From Isurus oxyrinchus (Eukaryota), in NCBI GenBank assembly GCA_026770705.1, contig JANJGN010000037.1, positions 1,178,001 through 1,242,000 on the forward strand: 64,000 bases of DNA, given 5' to 3'. Each line of letters opens with the position of its first letter. Within the stretch, counting starts at the first letter, position 1. The notes under the pieces were generated by a model, which was not told where the DNA came from, searched no databases, and saw nothing but the letters and a program-made list of their open reading frames with translations. The translations under genes were made by a program, and so were the position numbers. This document shows positions 10,348-23,964 of the stretch, piece after piece.

Positions 10348-12370
10348 GTGAAACGACGCCTAATAAACCCCCTTCTATACTTTTTACATCCATGAACCGT
10401 TGAAATAAATGATCCTCTTGTGTACAGGCACTGAATATTCGGCCAGATATGTAAAGATAGAAATGTATTTTCTGTCATTAAAGTAAATGCCCAGCACATC
10501 AGATCAGGGACTGTTGTAAACTGACTGATGTGAGTCACTTCAACCTAATATCTAATATCTTTCTACACAATGTGAAAACCCACCGCAGAAAGACCGGAAC
10601 ATACAAGCATTTGGTAGCAAAAGGAAAACCCCTCCCAGCCCACTGGAAGTACCGGAACACAGCTAAAATGTGGTCAATTAAAATAAAACACTGGTGTTCC
10701 CAGCTCTGCTTGTCCTTTCTGTCAAGATTGAAACTGAGTGCAATCAGGCTCGCACGTGAATCCACACGTAAACACTTCCCTCATTTGTTGCATTAGAATA
10801 AATTCAGAGTCTCATGGCACGTAGAAACATTCTTTAAACCTCACATTCATTTTCATCACGTGTGTTGAGGTGATGCATTCTCTGCAATGACTTCCCGGGT
10901 GTTCAAACCTGTTCCTGATTTCCGGAACTGCCACCAGCTCGAGCGCGAAAAAAAAGCTGCATTAAGATGGGCTCATCCAGTCCTCACACATATTAACTCA
11001 TTGGAAAATCCAAAGCGACCAACAAGCCTCCTGCGTAACAACAGCCAGTCAAGGAATCCTTTCATTCTCACACAAAGTGCAGCAATCATAAGCAAACGAC
11101 TTTTCATGCTGGAAATATTTTCGAATGTTTTCGAAGCCCCGGGGATGACTCCAACCAGTGGAGAGTTTCCCGCCTTATTTCCTTTGACTTCAGTATTGCT
11201 GGGGTTCCTTGATGCCACGTTAGGTCAAAAGCTTCTTTGAACTCAAGTGCAGTCACTTGCACCTCACGTCTTGAGTTCGGCGGCTTTCTTCATATTTGGA
11301 CCAAGACTGCAATGAGGTCAGGAGCTGAGTGACACTGGCAGAAAACAAACGGAGCTTCAGTGAGCGGGTTATGCTGAGTAAGTGTCACTTGATCGCACTG
11401 TCGAAGACATTTTCCCTCACCTTCTTGATAAACTAGAGAAGACGGATGGGTCGGTTTTTGCCGCTTGGATTTTCCTGTTTACTTTTGTGGACAAGACATA
11501 CCTGAGAAATTTCCCACATTGCCCGGTAGACGCCAGTCTTGTAGCTGTAATGGAACAACTTGGTGAGGAACGAGACTATTTCTGGAGCACAGGTTTTCAG
11601 TACTGCTGCAGGGATGGTGTCAGGGCTCAAAGCCTTTGCAGTTACCCGTACCTTCAGCCATTTCTTGATTTCACTTGGAGTGAATGGAGCTGGCTGAAGA
11701 CAGACATCTGTGTTGCATTTCTCCAGCTTTGTGCAAAAGCAGAACTGAGGGATTCACATACGTGGCTCTGTGAAACTCACTAGCTAAGTGGTGAAAGGTG
11801 ACAGTGTTTATCACAAATGGGCCCCATTCATTCAGACACAGATTTGGTGCAAAAGTAGCCATGACCAAGTGCCACACACACACACATTTTTCTGATTTGC
11901 AGTTAGATGTGCTCCCGCTGTGACGCTTACATACTCAGGAGTTGAGAAAGTGTAGGTGCTATCTGGTTGAGGTAATTGAGATGATTAATAGGTTTTAATG
12001 CGGAGAAACGATTTCCTCTGGTGGGGGAATACAGAACAAATGGATATTACCTTAAACTGAGAGTGAAGCTATTTAATAGTGACGTCAGGGAGCAATTCAG
12101 TCAAAGGAGGAAGAACGCTGTTTGTAGGACAATCCCTGTGTAGCGATTGGCCGAGAGCTTATGACAATGAACTGATGCTTCGTTAGTTTTTGCACTCCCT
12201 ATTTATCAAGAAAAACTGGAAACCTGGAGGGAACTGAAATGAGGTGATGGCTGTCCTTTGTCATTATGCGATCATGTTCTCTAATGTAAGCTTAGGATTG
12301 TAGGTATCTGTAAAACTAGCATTCTTAGTTCTCTGGGTCAATTCTGGCATTGAAGAATGCACATTTGTCA

Positions 12371-12443
12371 GCCGAAATAGCTCAGTTGGGAGAGCGTTAG
12401 ACTGAAGATCTAAAGGTCCCTGGTTCAATCCCGGGTTTCGGCA
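12371..12443 (+). tRNA. tRNA-Phe(GAA), unit 3, intact
   Basis: Same sequence as 7864-7936. Confidence 0.97.
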
Positions 12444-13480
12444 GTAAATAGCAAATCCTATTGCCTGAGCATCACCAGCTGCTGCTTGTGTTATTTGCTA
12501 GCTGATGGTGCCAACTGCTTTTGGGGACACCCAGTCCAGCTTCTGAGGCCCTCGCTCCATATCACACGGAAAGCTTTGTGCCCGCTGGTCCACGTTCATG
12601 GAATAAAGCTCACTTTCACCTTTCTTGAAAAAAAAATGTAAAACCGCTTGTCAACTCAGCTCCCATGAAACTATGCTAACAACTGTGCAACTTTCATATG
12701 TTCCCAGCTTCTGGTCCCTCAATCGGTCATTGGGAATTTAAATTCCTCCAAATCAGTCTTTTCACCATTTGCAATGGTGCTTTTTAAACGTTAACCGGGG
12801 GACCGTAATTGGAATCCAATTAATCCATTGTTTCCCTCTCGTTTATTATTATTTCTTTGTGTCTGTGTCTCTCAGTGATTAGGTCGAGAAATGAGCTCGC
12901 CTCAGTCATATGGCGGCCGGATCTCATGAGTATATCAAATATTTACCCTTTCCTTTTAACTTCAGATCACAATTTCTCACTGAAACACAAGAATTGCTGC
13001 TTAACCTGTTCCAAGGGCACTTCCATGGCTCACTCAAACTAATAATTTGACCTTTCAGTAAGCTCTTTGTGTGCAGCTGTTTCCTCAGTCACGAATATTG
13101 GAATCAGATCCTAGTTTTCTGCATGTTTAATGGGAAGCCCAACATGTCATCGGCTTTACAGAAAGAGTCGACAGTGACCTGGAGTTAAGTTTGTGAGTTT
13201 AGTTTCCGTGCGGAATGGAAGGAGTGCGCTGTTGGTCTAGTCCCACTACTCCACAGGTCGCAACATTGGTTCAAGTATTCATTTCACTCATCAAAATGGC
13301 CAATTATTTACCTTCACCACTGTTCCCGAGAATAAAAGAGGTTTAAAAGTGGATTATTTCAATAAACAATAAATTTGTTTGTTTATTATAAAGAAGGTAT
13401 TTTCGAATAGGAAAATGAAGCTTACGAATGTACAGTGTGAAACTGAAATTACGCGAATTAATCTTTCGAGATACTATATG

Positions 13481-13519
<39 letters not shown>

Positions 13520-14770
13520 TACACACCCTCTCCCAATCTCACAAACACACGCACACACGCACAATCATAATAGAAAACCATGATATTAAAAAGAGAAAGA
13601 GGGGAAATTAAAGCAAAATGATGGGGATGTTGAAAATCAGCAACAAAAACAGAAAATGCTGGAGAAAATCAGCTGGTCTAACAGCATCTTTGGGGAGAAA
13701 TAAATACAGACTCAACGTTTCGAGTCGTTATGACCCTTCTTTAGAAGGGGGGCAATTCTGCCAAACATTAAACGCCAATGGATCAAGGCAAAGGACAGGG
13801 TGTGCAGTCCTTGAGATGGGGACAGTGTTCTACAGTAGCTCCCTGAGCACTGATCTGAGACAATATCAAGCAGTTGGTCCTTCTCTTCTCAAAGGAAAAA
13901 AAAGACCACTTTTTAAAACACAGTCTCCCAGGTATGTTTTGCTTCAGAACCATGAAATCCATGTGACCCCCTTTGTGCACAGCCCTATCGAGTTGAAATG
14001 TTCACAGCCTGATTTCATCATTGAGTTGTAGGCTTATCTGAAACAACATTCAGACTGGCAGAGCTGGAGGTGGATGCGGGGCCGGAGTCGGGGGGGAGGG
14101 GGGGTTGCAGTGTGGGGTGGGGTAGTGGATGGGGGAGGCAAGGGTGTTAGCCGTTGCGGGGAGGCAGTGAGGGGAGGGGCGTGTTGTGGGGGAGGATGAT
14201 GGTGGGTTGGGTGGCAGGGTTACAGCTTCATATAATTTGACTATTTTTTAGCTGTGTTATAGGAGTTGCAAAAAGTCAGCTTTAATTCAACTTAGTAAAG
14301 AAACTCAGGGGGGGAATTAACGGTCAGGGGAGTTAGGCAGCGCTCACTTCAATTGCTGGTCATCACATGTCTAAGTGGCAGCTTCCCAGGCCAGTAAGAC
14401 TTGGGATGGGGTTACTTTTGACAGAAAGTGTTGAAGTGGCATTTTCTTGCGACAGAACTGATAGCCAAGAATGTGCGGTAAATTAACAGAAAGTCCAACC
14501 AACTCATCCACAAAGTCAAGCTGGTGAAATGAAATGACTGGAAACCTGGTTCTCACCCTGATCACTCGGTTCTCAGACATCTGCAATGTTCTAATGAAGC
14601 TCAAAGTTCGCTGGAGGAACAGAGGCTCATCCTTCAATTAGGAACTTTACAGCCTTCCAGTGTCAACATTCAGCTCAACAATATCGCTCTGTAAAAACTG
14701 CCAACATTCTGATTCCAGGCATAGCTTCTGCAAAATCACTGGAATAAAGCAGAAACAGTTGAGAAAGTAG

Positions 14771-14852
14771 TAATAAAGTTGGGACGTGAACCCACGGGTG
14801 CAAAGCACAATGGATCAGCAATTCATCACCTTAACCTCTCAGCCATCTCACT
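14771..14852 (-). pseudogene. tRNA-Ser(GCT) pseudogene, unit 4
   Basis: Copy of 1261-1342. Confidence 0.8.
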
Positions 14853-16874
14853 GTGAAACGACGCCTAATAAACCCCCTTCTATACTTTTTACATCCATGA
14901 ACCGTTGAAATAAATGATCCTCTTGTGTACAGGCACTGAATATTCGGCCAGATATGTAAAGATAGAAATGTATTTTCTGTCATTAAAGTAAATGCCCAGC
15001 ACATCAGATCAGGGACTGTTGTAAACTGACTGATGTGAGTCACTTCAACCTAATATCTAATATCTTTCTACACAATGTGAAAACCCACCGCAGAAAGACC
15101 GGAACATACAAGCATTTGGTAGCAAAAGGAAAACCCCTCCCAGCCCACTGGAAGTACCGGAACACAGCTAAAATGTGGTCAATTAAAATAAAACACTGGT
15201 GTTCCCAGCTCTGCTTGTCCTTTCTGTCAAGATTGAAACTGAGTGCAATCAGGCTCGCACGTGAATCCACACGTAAACACTTCCCTCATTTGTTGCATTA
15301 GAATAAATTCAGAGTCTCATGGCACGTAGAAACATTCTTTAAACCTCACATTCATTTTCATCACGTGTGTTGAGGTGATGCATTCTCTGCAATGACTTCC
15401 CGGGTGTTCAAACCTGTTCCTGATTTCCGGAACTGCCACCAGCTCGAGCGCGAAAAAAAAGCTGCATTAAGATGGGCTCATCCAGTCCTCACACATATTA
15501 ACTCATTGGAAAATCCAAAGCGACCAACAAGCCTCCTGCGTAACAACAGCCAGTCAAGGAATCCTTTCATTCTCACACAAAGTGCAGCAATCATAAGCAA
15601 ACGACTTTTCATGCTGGAAATATTTTCGAATGTTTTCGAAACCCCGGGGATGACTCCAACCAGTGGAGAGTTTCCCGCCTTATTTCCTTTGACTTCAGTA
15701 TTGCTGGGGTTCCTTGATGCCACGTTAGGTCAAAAGCTTCTTTGAACTCAAGTGCAGTCACTTGCACCTCACGTCTTGAGTTCGGCGGCTTTCTTCATAT
15801 TTGGACCAAGACTGCAATGAGGTCAGGAGCTGAGTGACACTGGCAGAAAACAAACGGAGCTTCAGTGAGCGGGTTATGCTGAGTAAGTGTCACTTGATCG
15901 CACTGTCGAAGACATTTTCCCTCACCTTCTTGATAAACTAGAGAAGACGGATGGGTCGGTTTTTGCCGCTTGGATTTTCCTGTTTACTTTTGTGGACAAG
16001 ACATACCTGAGAAATTTCCCACATTGCCCGGTAGACGCCAGTCTTGTAGCTGTAATGGAACAACTTGGTGAGGAACGAGACTCTTTCTGGAGCACAGGTT
16101 TTCAGTACTGCTGCAGGGATGGTGTCAGGGCTCAAAGCCTTTGCAGTTACCCGTACCTTCAGCCATTTCTTGATTTCACTTGGAGTGAATGGAGCTGGCT
16201 GAAGACAGACATCTGTGTTGCATTTCTCCAGCTTTGTGCAAAAGCAGACCTGGGGATTCACATACGTGGCTCTGTGAAACTCACTAGCTAAGTGGTGAAA
16301 GGTGACAGTGTTTATCACAAATGGGCCCCATTCATTCAGACACAGATTTGGTGCAAAAGTAGCCATGACCAAGTGCCACACACACACACATTTTTCTGAT
16401 TTGCAGTTAGATGTGCTCCCGCTGTGACGCTTACATACTCAGGAGTTGAGAAAGTGTAGGTGCTATCTGGTTGAGGTAATTGAGATGATTAATAGGTTTT
16501 AATGCGGAGAAACGATTTCCTCTGGTGGGGGAATACAGAACAAATGGATATTACCTTAAACTGAGAGTGAAGCTATTTAATAGTGACGTCAGGGAGCAAT
16601 TCAGTCAAAGGAGGAAGAACGCTGTTTGTAGGACAATCCCTGTGTAGCGATTGGCCGAGAGCTTATGACAATGAACTGATGCTTCGTTAGTCTTTGCACT
16701 CCCTATTTATCAAGAAAAACTGGAAACCTGGAGGGAACTGAAATGAGGTGATGGCTGTCCTTTGTCATTATGCGATCATGTTCTCTAATGTAAGCTTAGG
16801 ATTGTAGGTATCTGTAAAACTAGCATTCTTAGTTCTCTGGGTCAATTCTGGCATTGAAGAATGCACATTTGTCA

Positions 16875-16947
16875 GCCGAAATAGCTCAGTTGGGAGAGCG
16901 TTAGACTGAAGATCTAAAGGTCCCTGGTTCAATCCCGGGTTTCGGCA
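16875..16947 (+). tRNA. tRNA-Phe(GAA), unit 4, intact
   Basis: Same sequence as 7864-7936. Confidence 0.97.
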
Positions 16948-17966
16948 GTAAATAGCAAATCCTATTGCCTGAGCATCACCAGCTGCTGCTTGTGTTATTT
17001 GCTAGCTGATGGTGCCAACTGCTTTTGGGGACACCCAGTCCAGCTTCTGAGGCCCTCGCTCCATATCACACGGAAAGCTTTGTGCCCGCTGGTCCACGTT
17101 CATGGAATAAAGCTCACTTTCACCTTTCTTGAAAAAAAAATGTAAAACCGCTTGTCAACTCAGCTCCCATGAAACTATGCTAACAACTGTGCAACTTTCA
17201 TATGTTCCCAGCTTCTGGTCCCTCAATCGGTCATTGGGAATTTAAATTCCTCCAAATCAGTCTTTTCACCATTTGCAATGGTGCTTTTTAAACGTTAACC
17301 GGGGGACCGTAATTGGAATCCAATTAATCCATTGTTTCCCTCTCGTTTATTATTATTTCTTTGTGTCTGTGTCTCTCAGTGATTAGGTCGAGAAATGAGC
17401 TCGCCTCAGTCATATGGCGGCCGGATCTCATGAGTATATCAAATATTTACCCTTTCCTTTTAACTTCAGATCACAATTTCTCACTGAAACACAAGAATTG
17501 CTGCTTAACCTGTTCCAAGGGCACTTCCATGGCTCACTCAAACTAATAATTTGACCTTTCAGTAAGCTCTTTGTGTGCAGCTGTTTCCTCAGTCACGAAT
17601 ATTGGAATCAGATCCTAGTTTTCTGCATGTTTAATGGGAAGCCCAACATGTCATCGGCTTTACAGAAAGAGTCGACAGTGACCTGGAGTTAAGTTTGTGA
17701 GTTTAGTTTCCGTGCGGAATGGAAGGAGTGCGCTGTTGGTCTAGTCCCACTACTCCACAGGTCGCAACATTGGTTCAAGTATTCATTTCACTCATCAAAA
17801 TGGCCAATTATTTACCTTCACCACTGTTCCCGAGAATAAAAGAGGTTTAAAAGTGGATTATTTCAATAAACAATAAATTTGTTTGTTTATTATAAAGAAG
17901 GTATTTTCGAATAGGAAAATGAAGCTTACGAATGTACAGTGTGAAACTGAAATTACGCGAATTAAT

Positions 17967-18114
17967 NNNNNNNNNNNNNNNNNNNNNNNNNNNNNNNNNN
18001 NNNNNNNNNNNNNNNNNNNNNNNNNNNNNNNNNNNNNNNNNNNNNNNNNNNNNNNNNNNNNNNNNNNNNNNNNNNNNNNNNNNNNNNNNNNNNNNNNNNN
18101 NNNNNNNNNNNNNN
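17967..18114. other. N run (148 nt) replacing the (CA)n region of unit 4
   Basis: Lies between ...CGAATTAAT and ACAAACACACG. Confidence 0.99.
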
Positions 18115-19344
18115 ACAAACACACGCACACACGCACAATCATAATAGAAAACCATGATATTAAAAAGAGAAAGAGGGGAAATTAAAGCAAAATGATGGGG
18201 ATGTTGAAAATCAGCAACAAAAACAGTAAATGCTGGAGAAAATCAGCTGGTCTAACAGCATCTTTGGGGAGAAATAAATACAGACTCAACGTTTCGAGTC
18301 GTTATGACCCTTCTTTAGAAGGGGGGCAATTTTGCCAAACATTAAACGTCAATGGATCAAGGCAAAGGACAGGGTGTGCAGTCCTTGAGATGGGGACAGT
18401 GTTCTACAGTAGCTCCCTGAGCACTGATCTGAGACAATATCAAGCAGTTGGTCCTTCTCTTCTCAAAGGAAAAAAAAGACCACTTTTTAAAACACAGTCT
18501 CCCAGGTATGTTTTGCTTCAGAACCATGAAATCCATGTGACCCCCTTTGTGCACAGCCCTATCGAGTTGAAATGTTCACAGCCTGATTTCATCATTGAGT
18601 TGTAGGCTTATCTGAAACAACATTCAGACTGGCAGAGCTGGAGGTGGATGCGGGGCCGGAGTCGGGGGGGAGGGGGGGTTGCAGTGTGGGGTGGGGTAGT
18701 GGATGGGGGAGGCAAGGGTGTTAGCCGTTGGGGGGAAGCAGTGAGGGGAGGGGCGTGTTGTGGGGGAGGATGATGGTGGGTTGGGTGGGAGGGTTACAGC
18801 TTCATATAATTTGACTATTTTTTAGCTGTGTTATAGGAGTTGCAAAAAGTCAGCTTTAATTCAACTTAGTAAAGAAACTCAGGGGGGGAATTCACGGTCA
18901 GGGGAGTTAGGCAGCGCTCACTTCAATTGCTGGTCATCACATGTCTAAGTGGCAGCTTCCCAGGCCAGTAAGACTTGGGATGGGGTTACTTTTGACAGAA
19001 AGTGTTGAAGTGGCATTTTCTTGTGACAGAACTGATAGCCAAGAATGTGCGGTAAATTAACAGAAAGTCCAACCAACTCATCCACAAAGTCAAGCTGGTG
19101 AAATGAAATGACTGGAAACCTGGTTCTCACCCTGATCACTCGGTTCTCAGACATCTGCAATGTTCTAATGAAGCTCAGAGTTCGCTGGAGGAACAGAGGC
19201 TCATCCTTCAATTAGGAACTTTACAGCCTTCCAGTGTCAACATTCAGCTCAACAATATCGCTCTGTAAAAACTGCCAACATTCTGATTCCAGGCATAGCT
19301 TCTGCAAAATCACTGGAATAAAGCAGAAACAGTTGAGAAATTGG

Positions 19345-19426
19345 TAATAAAGTTGGGACGTGAACCCACGGGTGCAAAGCACAATGGATCAGCAATTCAT
19401 CACCTTAACCTCTCAGCCATCTCACT
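19345..19426 (-). pseudogene. tRNA-Ser(GCT) pseudogene, unit 5
   Basis: Copy of 1261-1342. Confidence 0.8.
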
Positions 19427-21451
19427 GTGAAACGACGCCTAATAAACCCCCTTCTATACTTTTTACATCCATGAACCGTTGAAATAAATGATCCTCTTGT
19501 GTACAGGCACTGAATATTCGGCCAGATATGTAAAGATAGAAATGTATTTTCTGTCATTAAAGTAAATGCCCAGCACATCAGATCAGGGACTGTTGTAAAC
19601 TGACTGATGTGAGTCACTTCAACCTAATATCTAACATGTTTCTACACAATGTGAAAACTCACCGCAGAAAGACCGGAACATACAAGCATTTGGTAGCAAA
19701 AGGAAAACCCCTCCCAGCCCAGTGGAAGTACCAGAACACAGCTAAAATGTGGTCAATTAAATTAAAACACTGGGGTTCCCAGCTCTGCTTGTCCTTTCTG
19801 TCAAGATTGAAACTGAGTGCAATCAGGCTCGCACGTGAATCCACACGTAAACACTTCCCTCATTTGTTGCATTAGAATAAATTCAGAGTCTCATGGCACG
19901 TAGAAACATTCTTTAAACCTCACATTCATTTTCATCACGTGTGTTGAGGTGATGCATTCTCTGCAATGACTTCCCGGGTGTTCAAACCTGTTCCTGATTT
20001 CCGGAACTGCCACCAGCTCGAGCGCGAAAAAAAAGCTGCATTAAGATGGGCTCATCCACGTCCTCACACATATTAACTCATTGGAAAATCCAAAGCGACC
20101 AACAAGCCTCCTGCGTAACAACAGCCAGTCAAGGAATCCTTTCATTCTCACACAAAGTGCAGCAATCATAAGCAAACGACTTTTCATGCTGGAAATATTT
20201 TCGAATGTTTTCGAAACCCCGGGGATGACTCCAACCAGTGGAGAGTTTCCCGCCTTATTTCCTTTAACTTCAGTATTGCTGGGGTTCCTTGATGCCACGT
20301 TAGGTCAAAAGCTTCTTTGAACTCAAGTACAGTCACTTGCACCTCACGTCTTGAGTTCGCGGCTTTCTTCATATTTGGACCAAGACTGCAATGAGGTCAG
20401 GAGCTGAGTGACACTGGCAGAAAACAAACTGAGCTTCAGTGAGCGGGTTATGCTGAGTAAGTGTCACTTGATCGCACTGTCGAAGACATTTTCCCTCACC
20501 TTCTTGATAAACTAGAGAAGACGGATGGGTCGGTTTTTGCCGCTTGGATTTTCCTGTTTACTTTTGTGGACAAGACATACCTGAGAAATTTCCCACATTG
20601 CCCGGTAGACGCCAGTCTTGTAGCTGTAATGGAACAACTTGGTGAGGAACGAGACTATTTCTGGAGCAGAGGTTTTCAGTACTGCTGCAGGGATGGTGTC
20701 AGGGCTCAAAGCCTTTGCAGTTACCCGTGCCTTCAGCCATTTCTTGATTTCACTTGGAGTGAATGGAGCTGGCTGAAGACAGACATCTGTGTTGCATTTC
20801 CCCAGCTTTGTGCAAAAGCAGAACTGAGGGATTCACATACGTGGCTCTGTGAAACTCACTAGCTAAGTGGTGAAAGGTGACAGTGTTTATCACAAATGGG
20901 CTCCATTCATTCAGACACAGATTTGGTGCAAAAGTAGCCATGACCAAGTGCCACACACACACACACATTTTTCTGATTTGCAGTTAGATGTGCTCCCGCT
21001 GTGACGCTTACATACTCAGGAGTTGAGAAAGTGTAGGTGCTATCTGGTTGAGGTAATTGAGATGATTAATAGGTTTTAATGCGGAGAAACGATTTCCTCT
21101 GGTGGGGGAATACAGAACAAATGGATATTACCTTAAACTGAGAGTGAAGCTATTTAATAGTGACGTCAGGGAGCAATTCACTCAAAGGAGGAAGAACGCT
21201 GTTTGTAGGACAATCCCTGTGTAGCGATTGGCCGAGAGCTTATGACAATGAACTGATGCTTCGTTAGTCTTTGCACCCCCTATTTATCAAGAAAAACTGG
21301 AAACCTCGAGGGAACTGAAATGAGGTGATGGCTGTCCTTTGTCATTATGCGATCATGTTCTCTAATGTAAGCGGAGGATTGTAGGTATCTGTAAAACTAG
21401 CATTCTTCGTTCTCTGGGTCAATTCTGGCATTGAAGAATGCACATTTGTCA

Positions 21452-21524
21452 GCCGAAATAGCTCAGTTGGGAGAGCGTTAGACTGAAGATCTAAAGGTCC
21501 CTGGTTCAATCCCGGGTTTCGGCA
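21452..21524 (+). tRNA. tRNA-Phe(GAA), unit 5, intact
   Basis: Same sequence as 7864-7936. Confidence 0.97.
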
Positions 21525-22561
21525 GTAAATAGCAAATCCTATTGCCTGAGCATCACCAGCTGCTGCTTGTGTCATTTGCTAGCTGATGGTGCCAACTGCT
21601 TTTGGGGACACCCAGTCCAGCTTCTGAGGCCCTCGCTCCATATCACACGGAAAGCTTTGTGCCCGCTGGTCCACGTTCATGGAATAAAGCTCACTTTCAC
21701 CTTTCTTGAAAAAAAAATGTAAAACCGCTTGTCAACTCAGCTCCCATGAAACTATGCTAACAATTGTGCAGCTTTCATATGTTCCCAGCTTCTGGTCCCT
21801 CAATCGGTCATTGGGAATTTAAATTCCTCCAAATCAGTCTTTTCACCATTTGCAATGGTGCTTTTTAAACGTTAACCGGGGGACCGTAATTGGAATCCAA
21901 TTAATCCATTGTTTCCCTCTTGTTTATTATTATTTCTTTGTGTCTGTGTCTCTCAGTGATTAGGTCGAGAAATGAGCTCGCCTCAGTCATATGGCGGCCG
22001 GATCTCATGAGTATAACAAATATTTACCCTTTCCTTTTAACTTCAGATCACAATTTCTCACTGAAACACAAGAATTGCTGCTTAACCTGCTCCAACGGCA
22101 CTTCCATGGCTCACTCAAACTAATAATTTGACCTTTCAGTAAGCTCTTTGTGTGCAGCTGTTTCCTCAGTCACGAATATTGGAATCAGATCCTAGTTTTC
22201 TGCATGTTTAAAGGGAAGCCCAACATGTCATCGGCTTTACAGAAAGAGTCGACAGTGACCTGGAGTTAAGTTTGTGAGTTTAGTTTCCGTGCGGAATGGA
22301 AGGAGTGCGCTGTTGGTCTAGTCCCACTACTCCACAGGTCGCAACATTGGTTCAAGTATTCATTTCACTCATCAAAATGGCCAATTATTTACCTTCACCA
22401 CTGTTCCCGAGAATAAAAGAGGTTTAAAAGTGGATTATTTCAATAAACAATAAATTTGTTTCTTTATTATAAAGAAGGTATTTTCGAATAGGAAAATGAA
22501 GCTTACGAATGTACAGTGTGAAACTGAAATTACGCGAATTAATCTTTCGAGATACTATATG

Positions 22562-22631
<70 letters not shown>

Positions 22632-23882
22632 ACATACACACCCTCTCCCAATCTCACAAACACACGCACACACGCACAATCATAATAGAAAACCATGATA
22701 TTAAAAAGAGAAAGAGGGGAAATTAAAGCAAAATGATGGGGATGTTGAAAATCAGCAACAAAAACAGAAAATGCTGGAGAAAATCAGCTGGTCTAACAGC
22801 ATCTGTGGGGAGAAATAAATACAGACTCAACGTTTCGAGTCGTTATGACCCTTCTTTAGATGGGGGCAATTTTGCCAAACATTAAACGTCAATGGATCAA
22901 GGCAAAGGACAGGGTGTGCAGTCCTTGAGATGGGGACAGTGTTCTACAGTAGCTCCCTGAGCACTGATCTGAGACAATATCAAGCAGTTGGTCCTTCTCT
23001 TCTCAAAGGAAAAAAAAGACCACTTTTTAAAACACAGTCTCCCAGGTATGTTTTGCTTCAGAACCATGAAATCCTTGTGACCCCCTTTGTGCACAGCCCT
23101 ATCGAGTTGAAATGTTCACAGCCTGATTTCATCATTGAGTTGTAGGCTTATCTGAAACAACATTCAGACTGGCAGAGCTGGAGGTGGATGCGGGGCCGGA
23201 GTCGGTGGGGAGGGGGGGTTGCAGTGTGGGGTGGGGTAGTGGATGGGGGAGGCAAGGGTGTTAGCCGTTGGGGGGAAGCAGTGAGGGGAGGGGCGTGTTG
23301 TGGGGGAGGATGATGGTGGGTTTGGTGGGAGGGTTACAGCTTCATATAATTTGACTTTTTTAGCTGTGTTATAGGAGTTGCAAAAAGTCAGCTTTAATTC
23401 AACTTAGTAAAGAAACTCAGGGGGGGAATTAACGGTCAGGGGAGTTAGGCAGCGCTCACTTCAATTGCTGGTCATCACATGTCTAAGTGGCAGCTTCCCA
23501 GGCCAGTAAGACTTGGGATGGGGTTACTTTTGACAGAAAGTGTTGAAGTGGCATTTTCTTGCGACAGAACTGATAGCCAAGAATGTGCGGTAAATTAACA
23601 GAAAGTCCAACCAACTCATCCACAAAGTCAAGCTGGTGAAATGAAATGACTGGAAACCTGGTTCTCACCCTGATCACTCGGTTCTCAGACATCTGCAATG
23701 TTCTAATGAAGCTCAAAGTTCGCTGGAGGAACAGAGGCTCATCCTTCAATTAGGAACTTTACAGCCTTCCAGTGTCAACATTCAGCTCAACAATATTGCT
23801 CTGTAAAAACTGCCAACATTCTGATTCCAGGCATAGCTTCTGCAAAATCACTGGAATAAAGCAGAAACAGTTGAGAAAGTAG

Positions 23883-23964
23883 TAATAAAGTTGGGACGTG
23901 AACCCACGGGTGCAAAGCACAATGGATCAGCAATTCATCACCTTAACCTCTCAGCCATCTCACT
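23883..23964 (-). pseudogene. tRNA-Ser(GCT) pseudogene, unit 6
   Basis: Copy of 1261-1342. Confidence 0.8.

Noticed and set aside
17847-18185. ORFs spanning N runs or (CA)n tracts (poly-X, poly-HT)
   Set aside because: Artefacts of Ns and microsatellites.
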